DNA of 58,471 bases from Bdellovibrionota bacterium (GTDB lineage: Bacteria > Bdellovibrionota_C > UBA2361): positions 1 through 58,471 of the forward strand of contig JBILDU010000005.1 of assembly GCA_044352465.1 (NCBI GenBank), read 5' to 3'. A program made the translations under genes and the position numbers. The notes below the pieces were generated by a model. That model was not told the DNA's origin. It searched no databases and saw only the letters and a program-made list of their open reading frames with translations. Positions 7,964 to 17,157 of this stretch are shown here, one piece after another. Within the stretch, counting starts at the first letter, position 1, and every line of letters starts with the position of its first letter.

Positions 7964-10072
7964 TTACATCCGCTCAATCGTCTCGATTCCAAGCAAGCTG
8001 AGTCCGTGCTTGAGCACTCGGCCGACGCTCTCGACGAGGCTCGCGCGGGCGAGTTTTAGGTCCGGCGTTTCCGCATTCACGACCGAACAGTGCTGATACA
8101 TTCGGCTAAACGCCTTCGCTAGCTCGTAGGTATAGCCGGCAAGGATGTGGGGGGAGTAAGCGGTAAGCGACTGTTCCACGACCTCGTGGTAGCGAGTGAG
8201 CTCGAGGATCACCGCCTGCTCGGTCTCGTGGGTCAGCAGGTCGTAATTTGCCGTCGTGGGATCGAGCGCTCCGAGCTCCCGCATGATAGAGCGGATCCGA
8301 GCATAGGCGTACATCATGTACGGCCCGGTGTTGCCGCTTTTATTGGTCCACGCCTCGAGGTCAAAAACGATCTTGGTATCGGCCGCTTGGTTGAGCATAC
8401 CATAGCGCATCGTGGCGAGGGCGATGCGGTGGGCGGCAGTCGCGATCTCCTCAGCTGGCCATTCGCCTTTGTATTTGTCGAGGAACTCTGAGTTAATCCG
8501 GTTTAAGAGGCGCTCTTGAAGCTCCGAGAAGTAGATAACTGAGCCCTTACGGCTACTCATCTTTCCGCTTGGAAGGACCACTTGGGCATAGGCCAGGTGA
8601 AAACATTTCTGTACCTGCGCATAGCCGGCGAGTTCGAGTACCTTGAAGACTTGTTTGAAGTGGTGAGTCTGTTGATCGTCAACAACGTAGATCGACCGAT
8701 CGATCTTATATTGCTCAAACTTTTTGCGGGCGAGTGCTAAGTCGCGGGTCGCATAGTTCGCCGTGCCATCTCGTTTAATAAGGATGCAAAATCCGAGGCC
8801 GTAGGTCGTTAGATCCGCCCCGACGGCTCCCGCCGAATCGATCAAGAGCCCGCGCTTCTGAAAATCTCGGGCGATCTCTTTGCCAGCTTCCCCGAACTCG
8901 GACTCGTAAAAGTAGTGGTCGAAGCGACAGTTTAGCCAACGATAAACTTCGTGATACTCCTCCATCGACCACTGTTTGGTCTCTTTCCACAGTGCGTGGA
9001 TCTCGGGGTCGGGCTTTTCGAGGCCTTGCAAAATAGCTGAGACCTCTTGTTCCCGTTGATTGAGTTCGGCGAGTACGGAGCGCCCTTCCGGGACCGCCCC
9101 GGCGATCCGACCCAGTTCAACTACGGAGGTGCCGAGTGGGGTAGTGGGGGGGAGCTGCGCTAGTTTGAGATTGTCGGCGCTCTCGGCGTACTCGAGTTCG
9201 CTCAGCACCATCCCGGTGCTGATGACGCCCCCCTTGTCGACCTGCCCCACAATCTTCCCGTTGAATTCAACGCCGACCGGCACGTAAGGAACGATATCGT
9301 TCGGAGCAGCACCTTGTCCCGCAGTGACGACCGTGACGGTATTCCCCGGAATATCGAGGCGCAAGACGCTCCATTTCGCCTCCTTAGGGTGGACGTCGAC
9401 CGTGCCTACTCGCGCGGCGATGACCCCCGGAAACGGCTTCGTGGTGAGCGAGCCGAGGTCGAGAAGGGTAACCGCTTGGCTATAGAACCTACCTAAGAAC
9501 TCCCCGCGGTGGTGCGCCGGTGGTGTCTCTTTTGAGCGCCGGTAGAGCCACAAGCATTTGGCGACGTGGGCACCTTCGTCCCCGATATAGTTCACCGGAA
9601 TCGTCGTGTGCCCACACCATTCGAACAGCCGCGTGAGGCTGTCGCCGAGGGAGGCGTTGCGCACGTGTCCGACGTGAAAAGCTTTATGGGTGTTAGGTTG
9701 CGAATACTCGACCATAACTCGGTCGGATTTACTGGTCCGCGGTGCGAGGTAGGTGCCGCCCAATATTGTCGGGAGGAGCTCGTGGGCGAGCATCGCTTTA
9801 TTAAGGAAAAAATTAAGATACGGACCGACCGGGTTCACTCGGGCGATGAGGCTAGTCGTAGCGACCGCCCCGGCGAGCTCGCCAGCAAGCGCTGGTGGGG
9901 GACGCCGGAGTGATTTCGCGAGGGTGAAACAGGGGAGCGCTAGATCTCCGTGCGTTGGGTCTTTCGGAGACTCTAACAGAGTAGCCAGATTTCCGATCTC
10001 GATAGCGGTTTCAGGGAAGGTTTTCTTGATGGCGTCGACAACGAGCGTCGCAACACGAAATTTAATATCCAT
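7964..10072 (-). CDS. argS: Arginine--tRNA ligase with an inserted OB-fold tRNA-binding-like domain
   Basis: GDLALPCF N-domain; VEYSQPNTHKAFHVGH (HIGH); KMSSRKG; GNTGPYMMYAYARI; DALR C-terminus ending ERM. Confidence 0.95.
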   Translation of the reverse strand: MDIKFRVATLVVDAIKKTFPETAIEIGNLATLLESPKDPTHGDLALPCFTLAKSLRRPPPALAGELAGAVATTSLIARVNPVGPYLNFFLNKAMLAHELLPTILGGTYLAPRTSKSDRVMVEYSQPNTHKAFHVGHVRNASLGDSLTRLFEWCGHTTIPVNYIGDEGAHVAKCLWLYRRSKETPPAHHRGEFLGRFYSQAVTLLDLGSLTTKPFPGVIAARVGTVDVHPKEAKWSVLRLDIPGNTVTVVTAGQGAAPNDIVPYVPVGVEFNGKIVGQVDKGGVISTGMVLSELEYAESADNLKLAQLPPTTPLGTSVVELGRIAGAVPEGRSVLAELNQREQEVSAILQGLEKPDPEIHALWKETKQWSMEEYHEVYRWLNCRFDHYFYESEFGEAGKEIARDFQKRGLLIDSAGAVGADLTTYGLGFCILIKRDGTANYATRDLALARKKFEQYKIDRSIYVVDDQQTHHFKQVFKVLELAGYAQVQKCFHLAYAQVVLPSGKMSSRKGSVIYFSELQERLLNRINSEFLDKYKGEWPAEEIATAAHRIALATMRYGMLNQAADTKIVFDLEAWTNKSGNTGPYMMYAYARIRSIMRELGALDPTTANYDLLTHETEQAVILELTRYHEVVEQSLTAYSPHILAGYTYELAKAFSRMYQHCSVVNAETPDLKLARASLVESVGRVLKHGLSLLGIETIERM

Positions 10073-10538
10073 GGCGCAATTTCATAACGGGTAATCGATT
10101 GCACTGTACGGTATTTCGTTTCGCTGTGGCAAACCAGAGGGAGCAAGGTGTCGAGTCAGCAGTAGCTCTTTGAGTAATGAATCGCTGTTCGTTCGCCGAT
10201 GCCGCCCTGAGCTTGGAGCGTTGCCGCGAGGTTAAGAGGCTTATCCCCTGTGCAACTTCTCAAGATCAAAGCCCCTTCGTTGATGTTAAGCTTTTGAAAT
10301 CATTTCAATTGTAAGCCCGGCGCAGAGGCGAGTTGGAGTTGTGAGAGCGTGCTGCGCGATTGCATGGTGGGGTTCTTGAGACGCGCAGTCGCGCAGCTCT
10401 AAGACACACCGATAGCTAACCTCTTTTGAATGATTCTGGGACAACTCTGTGACAACTTCCTCCGCCGATTTAGGTAGCTTCCGGCTTGTTTGAAAGGCTG
10501 AATCAATTAGGACGCGTCGATGAAGCACGGGGGGCGCT

Positions 10539-11303
10539 ATGGTAGATTTTTCATTCGAAAATCGTGAAGAAGAGTTTAGGCTCGATGATGAATCGATTCC
10601 TGGACGATCGGGGCTGGTTTTCGGATTTGCGCCGAGTGCTTGGGATAAGGTCGTCGCTGCGTCCCTTTTTGATCCCAAAATCGCTGCGCAACGTCAGCCC
10701 GAGGGGGAGTTCAAGGGGGGGAGGGAGACGACGTCGGAGGGCAGCCAGCCTCCTCCCGCTGTGGCGAGTAGCGGATCGACACAGCCGCTGCGTGGACCGA
10801 CCAAGCTCTCGAATCTGACCTTCTCGAGTAAGAGTGAGGCGGTGTGTGGCCTAATGCTCGAAAAGTATATCCCCGGATTTCAGCTCGTCGCGGGAGAGAC
10901 TTTTCAGGTTGCAGTGGGGTCGAAACGTTTTGATTTCAAAGTGGTGGGCGTCTTTATCGAGTTTCATCCGGTCCAGTTGCGCCACGATTTCACCTCCCAA
11001 AATGCGTACCAGAAGTTTCTGAGTGCGCTCGGACGTCTTCCTGAGTGGCAGCGTAATGAACTCGCCGACATATTGCACGAGGAGTTTGCCGGTCAATACG
11101 CCAAACGTCGACGCGATGTCCTGAATTCATTCGAGCAAACGAAGAGCGCTGAGCTGGTTGTCTGTCACGATCGAGGGGATTTCGTTCGCAGGGTGATCCG
11201 ACGTTTCGGTGGGGCGGGGGTTCCCTCCGAGACAAAGCTCTTACGCGAGTTTGAGGCTCTGTATCGAAGGATGCAGCGCCGATTCCACCAGGAGGACTGC
11301 TAG
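10539..11303 (+). CDS. Hypothetical protein, possible PD-(D/E)xK nuclease-like fold
   Basis: SKSEA helix followed by FDFKVVGVFIEFHP, resembling a DF..(I/V)ExH nuclease core. Confidence 0.45.
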   Translation: MVDFSFENREEEFRLDDESIPGRSGLVFGFAPSAWDKVVAASLFDPKIAAQRQPEGEFKGGRETTSEGSQPPPAVASSGSTQPLRGPTKLSNLTFSSKSEAVCGLMLEKYIPGFQLVAGETFQVAVGSKRFDFKVVGVFIEFHPVQLRHDFTSQNAYQKFLSALGRLPEWQRNELADILHEEFAGQYAKRRRDVLNSFEQTKSAELVVCHDRGDFVRRVIRRFGGAGVPSETKLLREFEALYRRMQRRFHQEDC

Positions 11304-11317
11304 TCCTTCGACCAATA

Positions 11318-11347
11318 AGTTTTTTCACTCCCGCGGAGTGAAAAACT
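11318..11347. terminator. Bidirectional intrinsic terminator-like hairpin
   Basis: agttttttcactcc-cgc-ggagtgaaaaact, between convergent genes. Confidence 0.6.
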
Positions 11348-11476
11348 AACTCAGGACTAGTGGTGAGCATAAATTCTATTACCTTGCAGGTGAAAGAATT
11401 TGATGGTCGAACCACTAGTTCGCCTTCGGGCTCCGCTCGGCTGAGTGTTCGAGTGAGCTCACCCCGACGCTAGATA

Positions 11477-11528
11477 CCAGCGCCTCGCTTCGATATTTGC
11501 CCGGGCACCCTGGCAGTGCTCGTGTCTC
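11477..11528. repeat. Degenerate REP-like dispersed repeat, related to 52628-52687
   Basis: tgcccgggcaccctggcagtgctcgtgtctc aligns with tgcccggccatccctggccgggctcgtgactc. Confidence 0.45.
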
Positions 11529-11570
11529 GGCCCCAAAACCCCTACCAGGTGACAAAAATTATCGGATGGA

Positions 11571-12482
11571 CTACGCACTGCCCTCCAAAATCAGGTCTTC
11601 AAAAGCGACGTCGAGCGCTTCGGCGATCCGCATGACCGCCCCGATCGATACGTTATGTTTGCCGTGCTCGACCGCGCTGATGTAGGCCCGATCGAGGCCA
11701 GCGGAGTGGGCGATGTCTTGTTGGCTCAACCGTTGGGCGCGCCGATGCTTCTGGATCATCTGCCCAATATGGAGCAGTCGTTGATCGAGCGAGGACGCCG
11801 AGGGCGGAAGCCCCACGAGTTGGCGCGCTATTTCGATCGAGTCCTGAGCTGAGGTGGTGAGACTATCAGCGCCGAGCGCATCGATCTCGCCCCGCGCCGT
11901 CGTCGTTGCTTGACCTCCAATAAGAATCTTTGGGCGGTTGGGGAGGGTTTTAAGAAGTCGGATCGCCTCTTTCGCTCCGGGAAGCCCCGCCTTGACCGTT
12001 ATTGAAAGCCCCACAACGTCGACTTTTTTCTCCCGCGCGACCTGGAAAATCTCACCGGGGGGGGCATCGGCTCCCAGGAAAACTACCGACCATCCATCCA
12101 TGTGGAGGAAGTCGGATATCATCCGTCCCCCGATAGAGTGCATGTCGCCGGCGGGAGCGGCGATAAGGATCTGTTTGTTCAGTCGGGGGCGGGGCTTCAA
12201 CATCGGACGGAGTCGCCCCATCTCGGAGAGGGTAATCTGGGTGCCCATGTGTTCTTGGGCGATCGAGATTTTTCCCTCGACCCACAGAGCGCCGAGTCGG
12301 GCTTGGCTCGGCATCAAGATGTGCAGATAGACGTTTTTAGGAGTCACCCCGGATGCGAGCGCCTCGTTGATGGCGCGAGTTGCACTTTCTGCGTTTCCTT
12401 CCAGAAGCGCTGCGATGTAACGCTCCCGGTTCTGCAGGATGGTTGAGCCGCGCTTTTCGGAGACCTTTGGAGACATAAGCAT
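11571..12482 (-). CDS. Cobalamin-binding regulator: B12-binding_2 + B12-binding + C-terminal XRE HTH
   Basis: W-x9-EH (WVEGKISIAQEH); DMHSIG; VVGLS; ILIGG; C-terminal LSQQDIA...DRAYISAVEHGKHNVSI. Confidence 0.85.
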   Translation of the reverse strand: MLMSPKVSEKRGSTILQNRERYIAALLEGNAESATRAINEALASGVTPKNVYLHILMPSQARLGALWVEGKISIAQEHMGTQITLSEMGRLRPMLKPRPRLNKQILIAAPAGDMHSIGGRMISDFLHMDGWSVVFLGADAPPGEIFQVAREKKVDVVGLSITVKAGLPGAKEAIRLLKTLPNRPKILIGGQATTTARGEIDALGADSLTTSAQDSIEIARQLVGLPPSASSLDQRLLHIGQMIQKHRRAQRLSQQDIAHSAGLDRAYISAVEHGKHNVSIGAVMRIAEALDVAFEDLILEGSA

Positions 12483-12571
12483 AAGATTGACCCCCTGTTA
12501 TGGCTGTATTATAAATATATCATATCAGCCAATTCTGTTGAAAGTGTACATCATCAGCTAAGCGCGGGGCA
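12483..12571. promoter_or_regulatory. Divergent AT-rich promoter region with an inverted repeat (candidate operator)
   Basis: TGGCTG-N19-CAGCCA at 12501-12531 around an AT-rich core; a second ATCAGC at 12553-12558. Confidence 0.4.
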
Positions 12572-13324
12572 ATGGGTATAACTATGCTTAAGAACAAGTC
12601 TTTTGTGGTTTTTGGTGGCTCTGGAGGGGTCGGTAGCTGTGTGGCTCGTTTGTTAACTGAAGGCGGAGCCCGAGTCGCCGTGCTCGGCCGTTCGGAGGAG
12701 CGCCTTCAGGCGGTGTGTGCGGAGCTGGGGGTAGAGGGGCACGTTGTGAACGCCACCGATGCAGGTGCGGTCGCGGACATTTTGACGAAACTTAAAAATT
12801 CCTACGGTGAGATACACGGGGTAGTCAACTGTGTGGGCTCGCTGTTGTTGAAGCCGATCCACCTGACATCACCGGGGGAATGGGCGGAGACGATGAATCA
12901 AAATCTTGGGTCTGCCTATGCGGTCATGAAAGCTGCGGTGAAAACAGTGGTAGCGCCAGGCGGATCGATCGTACTCGTTTCCTCTGCCGCGGCCCGCACG
13001 GGGCTCGCCAACCATGAGGCCATCGCCGCGGCTAAAGCCGGAATCATCGGATTAACGTTGTCTGCCGCGGCGACGTATGCTTCACAGGGCATCAGAATAA
13101 ACTGCGTTGCCCCAGGTCTTACCAAGACACCGCTCACCCAGCGTATCGTGAGTAACCCGGAGAGTGAGAAATTCTCCCGCTCAATGCATGCGCTGGGTGT
13201 TCTAGGCGAACCTGAAGATGTGGCAAAGATGATAGTCTTCCTCCTTGGGGAGGATTCCCGCTGGATTACCGGACAAGTCTTCGGAGTCGATGGCGGACTC
13301 GCGACGGTGCGGAGCAAGGGATAG
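12572..13324 (+). CDS. Short-chain dehydrogenase/reductase
   Basis: GGSGGVG Rossmann motif; IAAAKAG in place of YxxxK; NCVAPG; ITGQVFGVDGG. Confidence 0.9.
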   Translation: MGITMLKNKSFVVFGGSGGVGSCVARLLTEGGARVAVLGRSEERLQAVCAELGVEGHVVNATDAGAVADILTKLKNSYGEIHGVVNCVGSLLLKPIHLTSPGEWAETMNQNLGSAYAVMKAAVKTVVAPGGSIVLVSSAAARTGLANHEAIAAAKAGIIGLTLSAAATYASQGIRINCVAPGLTKTPLTQRIVSNPESEKFSRSMHALGVLGEPEDVAKMIVFLLGEDSRWITGQVFGVDGGLATVRSKG

Positions 13325-13414
13325 GTCGCCCGCGTGCTCGAGCACCCGTAGACGAATCACTCTGAGGCTATGCTCGCTGTGAGGAGATGCTCACTCTAAA
13401 GTCATGCGAAGCGC

Positions 13415-14092
13415 TCAGTAGGGGGGTGCCGCAGCGCCGAGCCCCCGCTCCGCTGCGGTCAGATAACGCTCAAACCACTGCACCGCGAGGGTGGCGACTT
13501 GGTCAAGCGCACCGGGCTCTTCGAAAAGGTGAGTGGCGTCGGGCACCGTGCGGAGGTCCCGTTCACAGCTCAATGCTCCGTACGCGGACTCGTTGAGCTC
13601 AATTACCCCCCGATCGTTTCCCCCAACGATAAGAAGGGTCGGGGCACGGACCCGGGCGAGGTAATCCGCTGCGAGATCGGGGCGACCTCCGCGCGAAACC
13701 ACCGCGCGGATATCGGCGGGTAGACCCGCCGCAGTAATGAGTGCAGCCGCCGACCCCGTGCTTGCCCCGAAAAGTCCGATCCCATTCCCGCCGAGACCGG
13801 TATGCTTGACCCATGCGACAACCTCGCTCAATCGCCGGGCAAGGAGTGGGATATCAAATCTTTTGCGTGGGGTCGTATCTTCAGCGGGGGTCAGCAGGTC
13901 GAAGAGGAGCGTTCCAAACCCCTCTTGGGCGAGCCGATAAGCGACGTAGCGGTTGCGTGGACTCTGGCGTCCGCTCCCACTCCCGTGGGCAAAAACAACA
14001 ACACCGCACCCTCGAGCGGCGGGGGTGAGGTCCCCGACGAGCTCGACTTCGGATAAAGGTAGTTTAATCTCTTGAGGGTTCGGTGCACGCAT
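13415..14092 (-). CDS. Dienelactone hydrolase-family alpha/beta hydrolase
   Basis: FAHGSGSGRQSPRN; GLFGASTG; VSRGGRPDLA; ATHLFEEPG. Confidence 0.9.
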   Translation of the reverse strand: MRAPNPQEIKLPLSEVELVGDLTPAARGCGVVVFAHGSGSGRQSPRNRYVAYRLAQEGFGTLLFDLLTPAEDTTPRKRFDIPLLARRLSEVVAWVKHTGLGGNGIGLFGASTGSAAALITAAGLPADIRAVVSRGGRPDLAADYLARVRAPTLLIVGGNDRGVIELNESAYGALSCERDLRTVPDATHLFEEPGALDQVATLAVQWFERYLTAAERGLGAAAPPY

Positions 14093-14100
14093 AGCTTCTC

Positions 14101-15021
14101 CTACTCAAATCGTGGAGCAACACTTTCAGCGATGCTGGCTGAACACGGGATGATCTCGATGCGCTTGTCGGCCGGAATTACGCCGGATCCGACCGAATCG
14201 GTCGTATAAATCCGTTCGACCCCGAGATCCCACAACGCCGCCCACCTCGTCCCGGTTAAAAGTGCGTGAGTAACGCATATGATCGTGTGTTCCGCGCCGC
14301 TCTCCCGTAAAAATTGTGCCGCGGCAAGCATGGTTCCGCCCGTATCGAGGATGTCGTCTACGATCACAGCCCATGAGCCGCTCCAGGGGGGGAATTCGGT
14401 CGTGACGCCGTCTGGCGAGCGCCGTTTTTGGCCATGAACGACAGGTGTCTGTATCCCCAACTCTCGCGCGAGCGCTTGCGCACGCGCACGTGCGCCCTTA
14501 TCAGGGGCGACGATAGTCGCGTGTTCGAACGGGGTGCCGCGTAGTCGTGCGGCGAAGAGCGCTGCCGCGGGGAGCGAATCCAGTTCCACCTCAAAGTCGA
14601 CGAGCGCCTCGGGGTGGTGGATATCGAGCGCGGTCACACGCTGAACGCCCGCTGTGAAGAGCAAACGGCCCAGAAAAAAGAACATCTGCCCCACTCCGGG
14701 GTCGCCCCGATCGTGCCGAGCGTACGCGAGGTAGGGTACGACAAGTTCGATCGATCGAGCCCCGCACCGCTGGAGTGTGTCGATAAGATAGAGCGTGTGG
14801 ATAAATCGCTCCGCGGGCGGAGTGAGTGTGGCGACGACGATGACGTCATGATCCTCGACGGTGCTGACTACTTTCACGGTGAGCTCGCCGTTGGGAAATG
14901 CGCCGACCGTAAACTCGCCACACACGCTCCCGCGAATCCGTGTCATCAGCGCCCCACCGACCTGCGCGAGGGCGGGCGGGAAAAACACAAGGGGGGGAGA
15001 CCGCGGTCCAGGGGGAAACAT
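14101..15021 (-). CDS. prs: Ribose-phosphate pyrophosphokinase (divergent)
   Basis: FPNGE; PYLAYARHDR; DIH; VAPDKGA; VDDILDTGGT; THA. Confidence 0.8.
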   Translation of the reverse strand: MFPPGPRSPPLVFFPPALAQVGGALMTRIRGSVCGEFTVGAFPNGELTVKVVSTVEDHDVIVVATLTPPAERFIHTLYLIDTLQRCGARSIELVVPYLAYARHDRGDPGVGQMFFFLGRLLFTAGVQRVTALDIHHPEALVDFEVELDSLPAAALFAARLRGTPFEHATIVAPDKGARARAQALARELGIQTPVVHGQKRRSPDGVTTEFPPWSGSWAVIVDDILDTGGTMLAAAQFLRESGAEHTIICVTHALLTGTRWAALWDLGVERIYTTDSVGSGVIPADKRIEIIPCSASIAESVAPRFE

Positions 15022-15032
15022 CGCTAACGGGC

Positions 15033-15713
15033 TTAGCTGGGGTGAGCAGACTCAGCCGGAGCGTACGGCTGCGGGCGTTGTACGAGAGAGAGATAGCGTA
15101 ACACCTCATCGTCCGACACCTGCGGAAAATCGCGGTACCATACTCCCACCGCCCAAAAAGGCTCGGGGGTCGTGTGGTGACATAAGAGCAGCGGCTTCTC
15201 CTCGGTCATAATAAGATCGCACGCTTCCCGGCTAGCCACAGGCGCAGCGACGATGATTCCGCCGGCTCCACGAAGCTTTGTCCATTCGATCGCGGCACGC
15301 ATGGTCGCTCCCGTCGCAAGCCCATCGTCGACCAGGATGACCCGTTTGCCATGGAGTTCCGGGTACGGACGACCTTGCCGATAGATCGCTTCCCGCCGCT
15401 CAAGCTCCTGGCGCTCCACTTGCTCAGCCATCGCGATCATATCGCTTGAAAGAGCGTGATAGGCGACGACCTCAGGATTCAACACTCGAACACCCTCAGG
15501 CGCGATCGCTCCCAGGGCGAGCTCAGGCTGACCGGGTGCCCCAAGTTTACGCACCACGATGACATCCAGTGGTACCTGGAGCGATCTCGCCACCTCAAAA
15601 GCGACCGGAACCCCTCCGCGCGTCAGCCCCAAGACGATGACGTCAGGTTGTCCCCGAAACTGCTTGAGTTGGGTCGCGAGAATCCTTCCCGCCTCTTGTC
15701 GATCCGCGAACAT
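15033..15713 (-). CDS. Type I phosphoribosyltransferase
   Basis: MFADRQEAG; RGGVPVA; VRKLGAP; VDDGLATGAT; AAGGAG RBS upstream of ATG 15713. Confidence 0.9.
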   Translation of the reverse strand: MFADRQEAGRILATQLKQFRGQPDVIVLGLTRGGVPVAFEVARSLQVPLDVIVVRKLGAPGQPELALGAIAPEGVRVLNPEVVAYHALSSDMIAMAEQVERQELERREAIYRQGRPYPELHGKRVILVDDGLATGATMRAAIEWTKLRGAGGIIVAAPVASREACDLIMTEEKPLLLCHHTTPEPFWAVGVWYRDFPQVSDDEVLRYLSLVQRPQPYAPAESAHPS

Positions 15714-15790
15714 AGGTTCACACTCCTTTACGCGCATACTCCGACCGGAAAGTTCTTTCCCCTGAAAGCAGGTCCGGGGGCGCTGTCCGT

Positions 15791-17020
15791 CTAAAGACCA
15801 ACAACGCGATCCTCCGACCATCGAGCGGCGTATTCAACTGCTTCCTCCGCCCCACCTGTAACGTTGCCAGCGACGTAGGAGTGAGCACCGGTTCCGGCGA
15901 GGACACCCTTATCGACGATAAGGTATTCCGAACGGATCGGTTGCCCCGCGAGCCAACATTCTAGGATCTCGCGCACTCCCGCGGCGTAGCGCGCCTGTGC
16001 GGGAAGGCTCGTACCGGCGATGTGTGGTGTCATGCCGTGATGGGGCATGGTGCGCCACGGGTGGTCGTTCGGAGGAGGTTGAGGAAACCAGACATCCCCG
16101 GCGTACCCAGCGAGGTGACCGTTACGGAGCGCTCGCGCGATCGCATCGCGATCGCAGATCTTTCCCCGGGCGGTATTGACGATGTACGCTCCCCGCTTCA
16201 TCTTTCCGATGAGGCTCTCGTTCACCAGATGTTCGGTGCGTGGATGTAGCGGACAGTGAAGTGAGACAACATCGCTGATCCGCACGAGCGAGTCGATATC
16301 GCTATGATAGGTGAGCCCCAGCTCTTGCTCCGTTTCGATGGGTAGACGGTGAACGTCGTAGTAGTGGAGCTCCACATCGAATGGTTTGAGCCGCTTCATG
16401 ACGGCGAGTCCGATTCGTCCGGCTCCAACGATCCCCACCTGCATGCCCTCAAGGTCGTACGAGCGCATCGCACAGTCAGCGATGTTCCACCCTCCGCGAA
16501 CTACCCAGCGGTACGAATCGATATAATTGCGCACGAGGGCGAGAATCTGCATGACGGCGTGCTCAGCAGTGCTGATGCTGTTACAGGAGGTGACCTCGGT
16601 GACGGTGATGTTTCGTTTCATCGCTGCCGAGAGATCCACGTGATCGGAGCCGATTCCGGCAGTGATGGCGAGCTTCAACTTCGGCGCGCGGGCGATCCGT
16701 TCCGCGGTAAGGTACGCTGGCCAAAAAGGCTGGGAGATGATCACGTCAGCGTCGGCAAGTTCACGATCGAGTGTGCTCTGAGGCCCATCCTTATCCGCGG
16801 TGACCGTCAGTGTATGTCCACCCGCCTCAAGAAATTTTCGGAGCCCGAGTTCTCCAGAGACGCTCCCCAAAAGAGCTCCCGGTTTGAAATCGACTGCGCT
16901 CGGGGAGGGGAGCTTTTGCCCATCTGGGTAGGAGTGTAACGCCGGTATACTATCGCGCGCATACGATTTTGGATAACCACTGATAGGATCTTCGTACAAA
17001 ACACACACGACTTTCGCCAT
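15791..17020 (-). CDS. fdh: NAD-dependent formate dehydrogenase
   Basis: MAKVVCVLYEDP; GELGLRKFLE; SQPFWPAY; GIGSDHVDL; GAGRIG; GDVWFPQP; MTPH. Confidence 0.95.
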   Translation of the reverse strand: MAKVVCVLYEDPISGYPKSYARDSIPALHSYPDGQKLPSPSAVDFKPGALLGSVSGELGLRKFLEAGGHTLTVTADKDGPQSTLDRELADADVIISQPFWPAYLTAERIARAPKLKLAITAGIGSDHVDLSAAMKRNITVTEVTSCNSISTAEHAVMQILALVRNYIDSYRWVVRGGWNIADCAMRSYDLEGMQVGIVGAGRIGLAVMKRLKPFDVELHYYDVHRLPIETEQELGLTYHSDIDSLVRISDVVSLHCPLHPRTEHLVNESLIGKMKRGAYIVNTARGKICDRDAIARALRNGHLAGYAGDVWFPQPPPNDHPWRTMPHHGMTPHIAGTSLPAQARYAAGVREILECWLAGQPIRSEYLIVDKGVLAGTGAHSYVAGNVTGGAEEAVEYAARWSEDRVVGL

Positions 17021-17157
17021 CGCTTCACCCCAATAATTTAACTTCGCTGAGTCTATCCGATAGTTCGGTACAGTCGCATGACGACCCTCACGGGGACTGG
17101 GGCGTGTGTCGCGCATACTCGACGCGAGTTCAAGCGTACACTTCCGGGGAGCGAGCG

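Noticed and set aside
10073..10538. T-box or other leader RNA upstream of argS
   Set aside because: No T-box consensus or convincing terminator/antiterminator seen
15791..17116. Selenocysteine or molybdenum formate dehydrogenase, and the 441-aa long start
   Set aside because: The sequence is the metal-independent NAD-dependent type with no in-frame TGA; the conserved start is MAKV at 17020
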